Assembly (NCBI GenBank): GCA_035429885.1 | Contig: DAOMFR010000005.1 | Location: 12,068 to 76,067 of the forward strand | Direction: 5' to 3' | From: Blastocatellia bacterium | GTDB taxonomy: Bacteria > Acidobacteriota > Blastocatellia > RBC074 | DNA: 64,000 nucleotides | In this document: in pieces, positions 36,609 to 46,300 of the stretch | How positions within the stretch are numbered: position 1 is the stretch's first letter | How the letters are laid out: every line of letters begins with the position of its first letter | Program-made: the position numbers and the translations under genes | Notes under the pieces: generated by a model | Database searches by the model: none | The model's input: the letters and a program-made list of their open reading frames with translations, nothing else | What the model was told of the DNA's origin: nothing

Positions 36609-39458
36609 ATGTTACCCATTCGCAAACGTGTCGTTTGGCGAGCAGTTTTGTTTATGGCGTTAACCGTGTTGGCCGGAATGTCCGTGTCCGCTTTGGCTCA
36701 ACAATCCATTGCCACCGCAACGCTCAGCGGGCGCGTCGTAGACCCAACCGGCGCGGTCATTCAGAATGCGCAGGTTACAGCGATTCACCTGGAAACCAAT
36801 TCACTGAGTCGAATTACAACAGATACCGAAGGGCGGTTTCGCTTTGCCAATCTTCGGCTTGGAAAATACGAAATCACTGTCAATCAATCGGGCTTCGCAG
36901 ACAGAAAGACCGCATTAACCCTAACTGTCGGTTCTGCATTCAACGTGTTGCTGTCTATGGATGTGGCAAAGACCAGCAGCACCGTCCAGGTTTCCAGTGA
37001 AGCGGGATTGCTCGAAGCCGCGCGAACGCAAATCGCAGGCACGGTTCAACGCGCCGAGATTGAGAATTTGCCGTTGAATGGGCGCAACTTTCTTGATCTG
37101 GCGCTGGTTGTGCCGGGCGTTTCTCCTACCAACACCGCCTCAACGCAGTTGTTTGCTGAAACTGCTGCCGTGCCGGGGCAGGGAATTTCCATTAGCAGTC
37201 AGCGCAACCTTTCTAACAGTTTCATTGTTGACGGACTTTCCAATAACGATGACGCTGCCGGATTGACGGCGGCGGCTTTCGGCATTGATGTCATCAACGA
37301 ATTTCAAGTGGTTACTTCAGGCGGACAGGCGGAGTTCGGGCGCGCCCTGGGTGGCTATATCAATGTCGCAACCAAAAGCGGCACCAATTCTTTGCACGGC
37401 AATTTGTACGGCTATCTGAAGAATAAGAACTTCAACGCCGCCAATCCCATTTTGCGCGACACGTTGCCGATGACGCAGGCACAGTACGGAGCCAGTGTGG
37501 GCGGACCACTGCGGAAAGATCGGACTTTCTATTTCGCCAATTTTGAGCGTAGAGAGTTAAATCAATCCGGTCTGACGACAATTCCTGCTGCCAATGTCGC
37601 CTCGATCAACGCCCGGCTGCTGGCAATCAAGTATCCCGGACAACTGATTTCAACGGGTGTCTATCCCAATCCGGTGCATACCCAGAATTATTTTGGCAAG
37701 GTGGATCACCAACTGACAACGAATGACCAGCTTGCGGTTCGCTATAGCTTTTATGGCGTAGACAGTCGCAATTCCAGAGGCGCAGGCGGACTGAGCGCGC
37801 CCAGCGCGTCAGCCAATTTATTCGACCACGACCATAGCATCGCGGTTTCCAACGTCGCCACGATTGGCCGCAAGTTCGTCAATGAAACCAGAGGCCAATT
37901 CACCAGCAGCAATTTGGAAGCGCCGCCGTCTGATCCGGCAGGGCCTGCGGTTTCAATCTCTGGCGTGGCAAGTTTTGGGACGCTTTCCGGATCGCCGACT
38001 GGTCGTAAAAATCGGCTCTATGAAGTCGTGGACAATGTCTCGTTTGTTGCGAGTGCGCACGCCATCCGTTTAGGCGCGACGTTCCTGTACAACGACGACA
38101 CCATCACCTATCCGCGCTCGTTTCGCGGCAGTTATTCATTTTCTTCACTCGCCAATTTTCTGAGCGGAACCTATAACAACGCTGGCTTTACGCAGACCTT
38201 TGCCAACAGTGTCGTCAGCCAGGGAAATGCGAATGTTGGCGTTTACCTGCAAGATGAATGGCATCTATCGCGAAACCTGACCATCAATGCCGGGCTGCGG
38301 TATGACCTGCAATACTTGAAAACGATCAACACGGACACCAACAACGTTTCGCCGCGCCTCGGCATTGCCTGGACGCCATTTGGCCGTCGAACCACCGTCG
38401 TTCGGGCTGGATACGGGCTGTATTATGACCGGGTTCCGTTGCGCGCATTGGCTAACGCACTGCTTTCTGCCGGGAACACCGCGAACGTCAGCGCGCTCAG
38501 CCAGATCAGCATCAGCCTTTCGCCCACGCAGTCCGGCGCGCCGGTCTTCCCGAATATCCTGAGCACATTGACGATTCCCGCCGGAGTGTTGTTCAACTTC
38601 ACGACCATGAATCCGAATATGCAAAACGCCTATTCGACGCAGGCCAACCTGGAAATTGAGCAACAGATTGGCAAGAAAGCAGCGGTTTCCATCGGTTACC
38701 AGCACGTTCGCGGGCTTCATCTGATTGTCTCGATCAACCAGAACGTGCCGACTTGTGTTGCATCGGGATCGAATAATGGGTGCCGTCCAAATCCGAATTA
38801 CGCGAATAACAGCCAGTATTCGCCCAACGCTGATTCACGATATGACGGACTTCATCTTTCGTTTGTGCAGCGGCCTTCAACGTGGAGCGATTTCCGGCTT
38901 TCGTACACTTATTCAAAGGCGCTGAATAATGTGGGCGAGTTTTTCTTTAGCTCACCGCTGAATCCTTTCAACATCTGGCAGGATTATGCCCGCTCCGATG
39001 ATGATCAACGGCACCGGTTCGTGCTGGATGGTTCGCTGCACACCAGACTGGAACGGGGGAATTCGTTGATGCAAAAGCTGACGAATGGATTCAAGTTGTC
39101 AGCGATGATGCAGTATTACTCAGCACTCCCTTTCAACATCACTACCGGTTCCAACACGATTCAGGGGACGGCTGCTCGTCCGACAATCAATGGCGTGTTC
39201 ATCAGCCGTAACTTCGGCAAGGGATTCAATTATCTGAATCTGAGCGCGCGCCTGAGCCGAACATTTTATCTCGGCGAAAATCTCAAACTTGAGGCGCTGG
39301 CCGAAGGCTTCAATCTGACGAACCACGTCAATGGAGTGAGCCTGAACGGGGTTTTCGGCACGGGGACTTATCCCGCCAGCCCGTCGGCAACCTTTGGGCA
39401 AATGACGGGCGTAGCCGATTCGCGCAGCTTCCAATTTGCGTTGCGCCTTGTGTTTTAG
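36609..39458 (+). CDS. TonB-dependent-receptor-like outer-membrane protein with N-terminal carboxypeptidase-regulatory-like domain
   Basis: Preferred start is ATG 36609 (MLPIRKRV), preceded by AGGAG. A signal peptide, a CarbopepD_reg-like segment (TLSGRVVDPTGAVIQNAQVTAIHLETN...TDTEGRFRF) and a plug/beta-barrel region (ENLPLNGRNFLDLALVVPGV) follow. The C-terminus ends in aromatic-rich residues. Confidence 0.85.
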   Translation: MLPIRKRVVWRAVLFMALTVLAGMSVSALAQQSIATATLSGRVVDPTGAVIQNAQVTAIHLETNSLSRITTDTEGRFRFANLRLGKYEITVNQSGFADRKTALTLTVGSAFNVLLSMDVAKTSSTVQVSSEAGLLEAARTQIAGTVQRAEIENLPLNGRNFLDLALVVPGVSPTNTASTQLFAETAAVPGQGISISSQRNLSNSFIVDGLSNNDDAAGLTAAAFGIDVINEFQVVTSGGQAEFGRALGGYINVATKSGTNSLHGNLYGYLKNKNFNAANPILRDTLPMTQAQYGASVGGPLRKDRTFYFANFERRELNQSGLTTIPAANVASINARLLAIKYPGQLISTGVYPNPVHTQNYFGKVDHQLTTNDQLAVRYSFYGVDSRNSRGAGGLSAPSASANLFDHDHSIAVSNVATIGRKFVNETRGQFTSSNLEAPPSDPAGPAVSISGVASFGTLSGSPTGRKNRLYEVVDNVSFVASAHAIRLGATFLYNDDTITYPRSFRGSYSFSSLANFLSGTYNNAGFTQTFANSVVSQGNANVGVYLQDEWHLSRNLTINAGLRYDLQYLKTINTDTNNVSPRLGIAWTPFGRRTTVVRAGYGLYYDRVPLRALANALLSAGNTANVSALSQISISLSPTQSGAPVFPNILSTLTIPAGVLFNFTTMNPNMQNAYSTQANLEIEQQIGKKAAVSIGYQHVRGLHLIVSINQNVPTCVASGSNNGCRPNPNYANNSQYSPNADSRYDGLHLSFVQRPSTWSDFRLSYTYSKALNNVGEFFFSSPLNPFNIWQDYARSDDDQRHRFVLDGSLHTRLERGNSLMQKLTNGFKLSAMMQYYSALPFNITTGSNTIQGTAARPTINGVFISRNFGKGFNYLNLSARLSRTFYLGENLKLEALAEGFNLTNHVNGVSLNGVFGTGTYPASPSATFGQMTGVADSRSFQFALRLVF

Positions 39459-39479
39459 ATCAGGTTCGATCGCTTGAGA

Positions 39480-39547
39480 GTCAGTACCGCGACCGGTAGG
39501 GAGCGTGCTTCTCGCAAGGGCCGCTCCCTACCGGTCGCGGTACTGAC
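39480..39547. repeat. Long perfect inverted repeat (26-bp stem, 16-nt loop) between the TBDR-like and BNR genes
   Basis: gtcagtaccgcgaccggtagggagcg ... cgctccctaccggtcgcggtactgac. No U-tract follows. Candidate terminator or REP-like element. Confidence 0.5.
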
Positions 39548-39579
39548 CAGACTCTTTCCCAGTGGGATGTGAAATCATT

Positions 39580-40770
39580 ATGAAAAAGCTACTTCTTCTT
39601 TGGCTCCTGCTGGCATTGCCTGTGCTGGCGCAAACGCATCAACACGGCGCAATGCCTGCCGCTACCAATACGGATGGATCGTTCAATCCGTATATTGTGA
39701 CGGACGCGCGCGGCAGGTTTTACCTGGTGTATGTGCAACGCACCGGAAGTCAGAGCAATGTGATGTTGCGGCATTCATCCGATGGCGTGAATTTCTCTGC
39801 GCCAGTGCGCGTCAACGACCGCGAAGGCGATGGCGCCGTTCGCAACGAAAACCCGCCGAAAGTGGCCGTTGCGGCGAACGGCGATGTGTATGTTTGCTGG
39901 GCCAGCGAACGTGAACGCTGGAAAGGTGACATTCGTTTTGCGCGTTCGACCAATGGCGGCAAGACCTTTTCCAAAGCATTGACACTCAATTCGGATTCGG
40001 GCGGAATGCCCACTGGCCACGCCTTTCAATCGTTGACGGTTGACCGCAACGGCAAGATTTACGTCGCCTGGATTGATGAGCGCAACAAGCGCAAAGAAGA
40101 TCGCGGCGCGGAAATCTGGATGACGGCTTCGACAGATCACGGCAAAACTTTCTTGCCGGATCATCGCGTGCTGGTGGATGTGTGCGAATGCTGCCGCACG
40201 AATCTGCAAATTGATGCGGAGGGCAATCTTTATCTTTCGTATCGCACCGTGCCGCGCACCGGGCCGATGTACCGCGACACTGTTGTTGCACGCTCGCAGG
40301 ACGGCGGAAAAAATTTTAAGACGACTCTGGCCAGTGAAGACAAATGGGAAATCGCAGGCTGTCCGGTGGCCGGGCCAAGCTTCAGTTTTGATTCGACAGG
40401 TGGTCTGACTGCGGTCTGGTTTCTGGGCGGCGGTTCGCGTCCCGGTTTGTATTACGCGACTTCGACCGACAACGGAGCTTCATTTGCTCCACGGCAATTG
40501 CTTGATCCGCAACAGAGGATCGGCAAGCACGTGTATACGGCTAACCTGCCGGATGGCAAAATCTTTGCCGCGTGGGATGACTCTTCTGATAAAACCTTCA
40601 GCGTGTGGGGCGTGCTCGATCCGCAAAAAGGCTTGCTACGCCGAAGCAGTCCGCAGGAAGGCGTCGCTTATCCAGTGGTCGCCGTCAATAAACAAATTGC
40701 AGTCATCGTCGGAATGCGGCTGTCCACACATGAAATCGTAACTTTTGTTGAAAGCCTGAAAACAAACTAG
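39580..40770 (+). CDS. Secreted BNR/Asp-box repeat protein (sialidase-like beta-propeller)
   Basis: A signal peptide (MKKLLLLWLLLALPVLAQ) and five Asp-box repeats (SSDGVNFS, STNGGKTF, STDHGKTF, SQDGGKNF, STDNGASF). Confidence 0.8.
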   Translation: MKKLLLLWLLLALPVLAQTHQHGAMPAATNTDGSFNPYIVTDARGRFYLVYVQRTGSQSNVMLRHSSDGVNFSAPVRVNDREGDGAVRNENPPKVAVAANGDVYVCWASERERWKGDIRFARSTNGGKTFSKALTLNSDSGGMPTGHAFQSLTVDRNGKIYVAWIDERNKRKEDRGAEIWMTASTDHGKTFLPDHRVLVDVCECCRTNLQIDAEGNLYLSYRTVPRTGPMYRDTVVARSQDGGKNFKTTLASEDKWEIAGCPVAGPSFSFDSTGGLTAVWFLGGGSRPGLYYATSTDNGASFAPRQLLDPQQRIGKHVYTANLPDGKIFAAWDDSSDKTFSVWGVLDPQKGLLRRSSPQEGVAYPVVAVNKQIAVIVGMRLSTHEIVTFVESLKTN

Positions 40771-40789
40771 CGGGAGCCAAGAAACGCTA

Positions 40790-41404
40790 ATGGTCAAAAC
40801 TCGCAAGCTACATCGAGTCATTGGGCTGGTGATGCTATTGCCGCTGTTTGGGTGGGCAGTCACCGGCTTCGTCTTTTTCGTCAAGCCGGGCTACGAAGGC
40901 GCGTACGAATTGCTGCAACCAAAAACCTATCCGATGGACGGTGAAAAGATCGCTGTGACGCCGAATGCTTCGTGGCTGGAATTTCGATGCTTCAAGACTA
41001 TTTTGGGCAATCATCTGCTCGTACGCACTTCGCAAGGCTGGCAGCATCTTGACCCGGCAACTCTGTCGGTCAAATCCAAACCAACCGAAGACGAAATCAA
41101 ACGGCTTTTGCTAGATGCTTTTTCGGTAAATCCCGAACGATACGGTCAGATTGCAAAGATTGAAGCCGCAACTGCGACGACGACCACGAATGTTCAAGTC
41201 GCCTTGAACTGGAATCGGCTGAGTTTGCAGCAAACGGGCAAAGACACAAATCGGATAGACCTGCTCTACAAAATCCATTACCTGCAATGGACGGGCGTAA
41301 AGTGGCTGGATCGGATTCTGGGAATGCTTGGGCTGGCGCTGATTGTTGGGCTGAGCATTTTGGGATTGATGCTTCAACAAAAAACACGAACGCGCAAAGA
41401 ATAA
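40790..41404 (+). CDS. PepSY-associated TM helix family membrane protein
   Basis: 204 aa with N- and C-terminal TM helices and the LHRVIGLVMLLPLFGWAVTGFVFF / YKIHYLQWTG pattern of PepSY_TM proteins. Confidence 0.65.
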   Translation: MVKTRKLHRVIGLVMLLPLFGWAVTGFVFFVKPGYEGAYELLQPKTYPMDGEKIAVTPNASWLEFRCFKTILGNHLLVRTSQGWQHLDPATLSVKSKPTEDEIKRLLLDAFSVNPERYGQIAKIEAATATTTTNVQVALNWNRLSLQQTGKDTNRIDLLYKIHYLQWTGVKWLDRILGMLGLALIVGLSILGLMLQQKTRTRKE

Positions 41405-41512
41405 ACTGACAAGCCCCATAGAAATCACTCGTCAAAACACTGAACTGATTGGCACGCACTGGGCGTCTTAACCCTGCTGTTGACGAGTGTCGTTGCTCTT
41501 TTAACCGAATCC

Positions 41513-41555
41513 GTTTCGTAGTCTCGGCTTCCATCGGAAACCGAGACTACGAAAC
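41513..41555. repeat. Perfect 15-bp-stem hairpin between convergent PepSY_TM and cytochrome P460 genes
   Basis: gtttcgtagtctcgg-cttccatcggaaa-ccgagactacgaaac; the loop can extend the stem via ttcc/ggaa. It starts 4 nt after the P460 stop. Candidate bidirectional terminator. Confidence 0.5.
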
Positions 41556-41558
41556 AGA

Positions 41559-42182
41559 CTATTTGGCGCGAGCGGCGTTGAGCACCGGATAGAACTGGGT
41601 GAACACGCGATCCGTCGCGGCTTTTTGCTGATGACACGATAGACAAGCGGAATCCGGGAACGGTTTGGCTTTGTCCTTCAATTTTCCCTCTTGGTCGGTG
41701 AAGCCGAAATAAGCCCAACCGCCTGCGAAACGTTGACTGTCTTTGACCGAAGCTTCCAGCGCGACATATTTACTGGCAAACGTCCCTTGCAAGCCTGGTT
41801 CGTTCTTGTTTGCGGCTTGGGCGATTTCCAGAATCATCACGGTTCCTTCGGGGAAGGTGCCGGTTTTGACAAATTCGCGGTAAGACGACGGGTTGATATA
41901 AACGTTTTTGAAATCTGTTCCGCTGGTGGAGCTGGAAGGTGCAGGATTCGGCGAATAATTCAGGCCGGTTGAACTGCCGACGAACACCCATTCCCGATAC
42001 CCTTCAGGCCGCAGCAAAGTGTCCTGTCCTTCAAAGACGGCAACAGGTTTTTCGGCAGCTGAGGAAGATGATTTTGATTGAGCGTTCGCCGCAGGCTCAG
42101 GCGATGAGATGAAATACAAGAGACATATTACAGCGATGCCAGCGAGCGCGAAGAACTTTACAGGCTTGATTGCGTTACTCAT
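41559..42182 (-). CDS. Cytochrome P460-family protein
   Basis: A signal peptide then the CLSCHQ (CxxCH) haem-c site near the C-terminus. Preferred start is ATG 42182 (MSNAIKPVKFF), preceded by AGGAG. The track ORF extends to 42278. Confidence 0.7.
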   Translation of the reverse strand: MSNAIKPVKFFALAGIAVICLLYFISSPEPAANAQSKSSSSAAEKPVAVFEGQDTLLRPEGYREWVFVGSSTGLNYSPNPAPSSSTSGTDFKNVYINPSSYREFVKTGTFPEGTVMILEIAQAANKNEPGLQGTFASKYVALEASVKDSQRFAGGWAYFGFTDQEGKLKDKAKPFPDSACLSCHQQKAATDRVFTQFYPVLNAARAK

Positions 42183-42325
42183 GACGATTTCTCCTTCTAG
42201 TGAATGTGAATTCGATCGGGAACTATTCCCGCCACAATTACGGTAATCAATTGGCACTGAAGCGTCTTGAACAAACACAGGCTTTTGGACCGAATTACCA
42301 CGATGAATCGCGAAAGGAATAAACG

Positions 42326-43171
42326 ATGAGCGGTCAGCAAAACAAACAACTCCATGCCGGGGAGTATTACGGCAGCATCATGCGGCGACGGCAACTTAAC
42401 GGAGTGGTGATGTCGGAAGTGAAGCATCCACGGCCGCGCGCCTTGCCACAGCATTCGCATGAATTTGGCTTCTTTTCGTTTTTTCTCAAAGGCGATTATG
42501 AAGAGTGGTATAGCAGGCAGACGGTGACGCACAAACCGATGACGTTGATGTGGCATCCTGCGGCGCTTCAGCATCAGGACGCAGTTGGCCAGCGCGGATG
42601 TCATTTTTTCAACACAGAAATTTCAGCGGATTGGTTGGAACGATTGCGGGATTATGCCGCGATTGTTTCCGACCCTTTTGTCTTGCCTCAGGCCGAAGCT
42701 GGCTGGCTGATGATGCGGCTTTATCGCGAATTCGGCGCGGCAGATGAAGGCAGCGAATTGGCAATGGAAGGCTTGCTGCTGGAATTGCTGGCTGCGTTGG
42801 CGCGCCGCCCTGAGCCGGTTGAACAACAAAAACCGTTTTGGCTGCGGCGTGTGGAAACCAGAATCCGCGATGAGTTCACTGGAAAACTGACGATGACTGA
42901 GTTGGCCGCCGAAGCAGGCGTTCACCCAGTGCATTTGGCCACAATCTTCCGCCGATTTCACCGCACCACTGTCAGCGAATTCGTGCAGCAACTTCGTGTT
43001 GAAACTGCCTGTGAAATGTTGCGGCAACCGGAAACACCAATGGCAGAAATTGCGTTGCACTTGGGCTTTGCCGATCAAAGCCATTTTTCCCGTATTTTTC
43101 ATCGCCTGATAGGAATGCCGCCAAAGGCTTGGCGAAACTTGGTCACCAATCGAGGAGAAATCAATGAGTAG
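42326..43171 (+). CDS. AraC-family transcriptional regulator
   Basis: An N-terminal cupin-like sensing domain and a C-terminal dual HTH (LTMTELAAEAGVHPVHLATIFRRF...SEFVQQLRVETACEMLRQP...IALHLGFADQSHFSRIFHRLIGMPP). Confidence 0.85.
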   Translation: MSGQQNKQLHAGEYYGSIMRRRQLNGVVMSEVKHPRPRALPQHSHEFGFFSFFLKGDYEEWYSRQTVTHKPMTLMWHPAALQHQDAVGQRGCHFFNTEISADWLERLRDYAAIVSDPFVLPQAEAGWLMMRLYREFGAADEGSELAMEGLLLELLAALARRPEPVEQQKPFWLRRVETRIRDEFTGKLTMTELAAEAGVHPVHLATIFRRFHRTTVSEFVQQLRVETACEMLRQPETPMAEIALHLGFADQSHFSRIFHRLIGMPPKAWRNLVTNRGEINE

Positions 43172-43526
43172 CCCACAAGATGAATTGAAATTCGATCGGT
43201 GCCGTTATTAAGGTTTCGGAGTCCCAGTAATAACCTCGACGGCAAAGGGTGTTTCCAAAAGACAATCAGGGAACATTTGACATCATCCAACGAGTGAATG
43301 ACATCGGCAAGCTCTGCGCTCCAAGGCTTCACATCGCGGTGACTGCGCCGAGCCTCTCAATTCTATTGAGAACTCTTTACCTGCTGTTCTCACTATTCAT
43401 GGTGAATGGAATTGCGGCCAGCCGGAGCGCAAGCTGGCAGACAGTAAGTGCGCTCCGGCCTTTTAACTTTGCTTGAGGGGAAAGCGTACAATCTAAACAC
43501 TCAAATAAAATTATCGGAGGCGTTCT

Positions 43527-44828
43527 ATGAATTTGAAGCCGGTTTTAGTTTTGTTCGCCATGTTGTCTGTCGCGGGCAGTGTTTTCACTTTGAGCAGTTG
43601 GCAAGGGAAAAGTCTTGCTGCCGTTGACAGCCGGGAGCAGGAAATTACACGAATGGCGGAAGGTATGCGTTTGAAGTTAGTCGAGCAACGGCGAGATTTT
43701 CACGTCAACCCGGAACTTTCCAATCGTGAAGAACGAACTGCCCGCGTCGTCGCTGAAAAATTACGAGCGCTTGGCTTAGACGACGTAAGGACCGGCGTGG
43801 GCAAACACGGCATTGTTGCGTTACTGAAAGGGAAGTTGCCCGGAAAGGTTGTTGCTGTTCGGGCGGATATGGATGCGTTGCCAATTCAAGAAACAATCAA
43901 CGTTCCTTATAAGTCGAAAAATGACGGTGTAAAGCACGCTTGTGGCCATGACGCTCATGTGACCATAGAGCTCGGTGTAGCTGAAATCCTCAGCAAGATG
44001 CGCGATCAAATTCGCGGCACAGTCAAATTTATCTTTCAGCCGGCTGAAGAAGGTGCGCCTCCGGGTGAGCGAGGCGGTGCTCCGTTGATGATTGAAGAAG
44101 GCTGCCTGGAAAATCCTCGTCCGTCTGCGATCTTCGGTTTACATGTCATGCCAAATATTGAAGTTGGGCAGATTGGAGTCAATTCGGGGCCAGCTATGGC
44201 TTCATCGGATCGATTTTCCATCACGATTCGCGGTAAAAAAGTTCACGGAGCGTATCCACATGATGGTGTTGACGCGGTTGTTGTCGCCGCCGACTGTATC
44301 TCAGCACTGCAAACCATCCGAAGCCGTCGCATCAATACTCAGGAACCGTTAGTTATTACCATTGGCAGCATTCACGGTGGTAATCGCTTTAACATCATTG
44401 CAGACGAAGTGCGGCTTGATGGGACGATGCGCACCCTCAATGAAGAGGTTCGCGCGAACGCGATTCAAATGATGAAGCAAACGTTGGCTGGAGTAACGTC
44501 CGCTTATGGAGCCAGTTATGCAATCGAATTTGGCAATAACAACGCGGTTACGTATAACGCCCCGTCATTGGTTGAAGCTACGTTGCCAATTTTGAAAAGG
44601 GTACTCGGGGATAAAGGAGTCGTTTATCCAAAACCACAAATGGGTGCTGAAGATTTTTCGGCTTATCAGAAAGTCATTCCCGGATTCTTTTATTTTCTTG
44701 GTGTAGGAAATAAAACAAAAGGAATTACCGCTATGATTCACACTCCAGAGTTTGACATTGATGAAGATAGTTTAGTGATTGGTGTTAAGGTGATGTCCAA
44801 TATCTTGTTCGATTATTTGGAGAAGTAG
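43527..44828 (+). CDS. M20D-family amidohydrolase (aminoacylase/hippurate-hydrolase-like), secreted
   Basis: A signal peptide, then metal-binding contexts ACGHDAHV, FQPAEEG and GLHVMP typical of peptidase M20D. Confidence 0.88.
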   Translation: MNLKPVLVLFAMLSVAGSVFTLSSWQGKSLAAVDSREQEITRMAEGMRLKLVEQRRDFHVNPELSNREERTARVVAEKLRALGLDDVRTGVGKHGIVALLKGKLPGKVVAVRADMDALPIQETINVPYKSKNDGVKHACGHDAHVTIELGVAEILSKMRDQIRGTVKFIFQPAEEGAPPGERGGAPLMIEEGCLENPRPSAIFGLHVMPNIEVGQIGVNSGPAMASSDRFSITIRGKKVHGAYPHDGVDAVVVAADCISALQTIRSRRINTQEPLVITIGSIHGGNRFNIIADEVRLDGTMRTLNEEVRANAIQMMKQTLAGVTSAYGASYAIEFGNNNAVTYNAPSLVEATLPILKRVLGDKGVVYPKPQMGAEDFSAYQKVIPGFFYFLGVGNKTKGITAMIHTPEFDIDEDSLVIGVKVMSNILFDYLEK

Positions 44829-45708
44829 CCTTGGCGAAAATAAAAAGCGGATGAGGTTTGCTCCCCTGCTAGCCCACCTCATCCGTAATCGCCGTCGAGC
44901 CACCCCACACTACCCTGCTGGCACGACGGTGGGGAAAATTCGAAAATATCATTGCGTGAAATCAAAATAGTATAGTTTCGACCTGAAACTTAGTAATGCG
45001 TGCGAAGCCGTTGAGATAGGGGGTTGATAGCAATGCGCCTGAACAGGTCAGCACTGCCAGGAAGTAAGTGAGCATAGAGTGAGCGGTCGGAACGCTGGTA
45101 GCTACGGGGTGAGACGTGGTAATTCGTGAGGAAAAAGGTTGCTTGGGTAAGTGACAGCCCCGCACGCAAATTGGCAATAACGCCAGTTATTCTTAATAGT
45201 GCAATTGAGACTCAACGTTTAGTCTCCTTTTCAAGGATCTAGCTAATATGCGAAGTACAAAGTGGTATTTTCAGATCAACTCATTTAGCTGTAAGCAACG
45301 GCATGACTACTCAGGACAGACTAAAATAACAGCTAAATAGTACTTCCTAAAGTTATTGATAATGTTTTAAGGACTTGTCGGTAGAAGTTCGACCCGACGA
45401 AATGAGTGTATGCAGGTCGTTGTTAGTCGTCAATACGTATTTCTAATTTTTAAGCTGCAAACAGGACATTTAATTGTGTCCTGAGAAAGTCGCCCGCATT
45501 GCGGTAAGTGAGAGACGACATTGGTGTAGGATGTGACTGATTCCAAAGTAGTTATTCCAATAGCTAGCTGCTCGGTCAGATTCTAAAGCCCTCGTTGTAT
45601 GGACTTTTTGGAGAAGGAATAGTCCTCGATTTTCAAAGGCATTGTTCGACCAAGAATACAATCTTGGTTAATTTTTGAGTGTGTAGCTGTAATAAAATTC
45701 CGATGAGA

Positions 45709-46260
45709 TCAGGGCGACTCCGGGAGCAGCGCGTATCCCTTTGCCTTTTCCTCAAGTGCTTTTGAAAGGTCAATGATCGCCAGTAAGTCGGTTTGGGCTT
45801 GTTGGGCCTGATCCGTATTAAACACTTTGCTGCTCTGGTGGATTGGGTTGTGAGCAAAATCGTAAATATGTTTGGCAAGGCGACGGATGGATTTATCGAA
45901 TTGCTGAGGGGTTTTGATCTCTTTATCAATCTTCATCGGGACTGCTAAATTCCCCAAAGCCATCAGAGATCTTAACGTTTTGGCCGATTTGTTGATAGAT
46001 CGAACATCTTTGGTTAGGCGTTCCGAAGTGAGACGCTTATTTTCATGCTCCTTCAGAAGGCTTTGGCTTGTTTCTTGTAGGTCGCGGAAGTTTTTCGTGA
46101 ATTGTTGTCGAGCATACGTGCGATCCCGCTCCCTCTCGTGCGCATTACTTGACTGAAGTCGGGACGCTTTCGCTGTTGCAATAATTGAAAAGCAATGCAT
46201 GAAAAATCCGAAAGTAACTACGCAGGAAAACAGTAACAATTTTTGTGATTCAAGCAACAT
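45709..46260 (-). CDS. Hypothetical membrane-anchored alpha-helical protein encoded in a low-GC island
   Basis: Preferred start is ATG 46260, preceded by GGAG plus a 7-nt spacer, 40 nt downstream of the hemL stop. It has an N-terminal hydrophobic helix then a K/E/R-rich helical region. Codon usage is AT-richer than neighbouring genes. The track ORF extends to 46527 but that part overlaps hemL out of frame. Confidence 0.5.
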   Translation of the reverse strand: MLLESQKLLLFSCVVTFGFFMHCFSIIATAKASRLQSSNAHERERDRTYARQQFTKNFRDLQETSQSLLKEHENKRLTSERLTKDVRSINKSAKTLRSLMALGNLAVPMKIDKEIKTPQQFDKSIRRLAKHIYDFAHNPIHQSSKVFNTDQAQQAQTDLLAIIDLSKALEEKAKGYALLPESP

Positions 46261-46300
46261 CTTCTTACTCCAATCAGACGACGTAGTTGGTTGAAACATT

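Noticed and set aside
44962-45929. Short ORFs (71, 63, 98 aa) inside the low-GC island
   Set aside because: No RBS and implausible composition. One overlaps the 45709-46260 gene out of frame. The region is more likely non-coding RNA or spacer.
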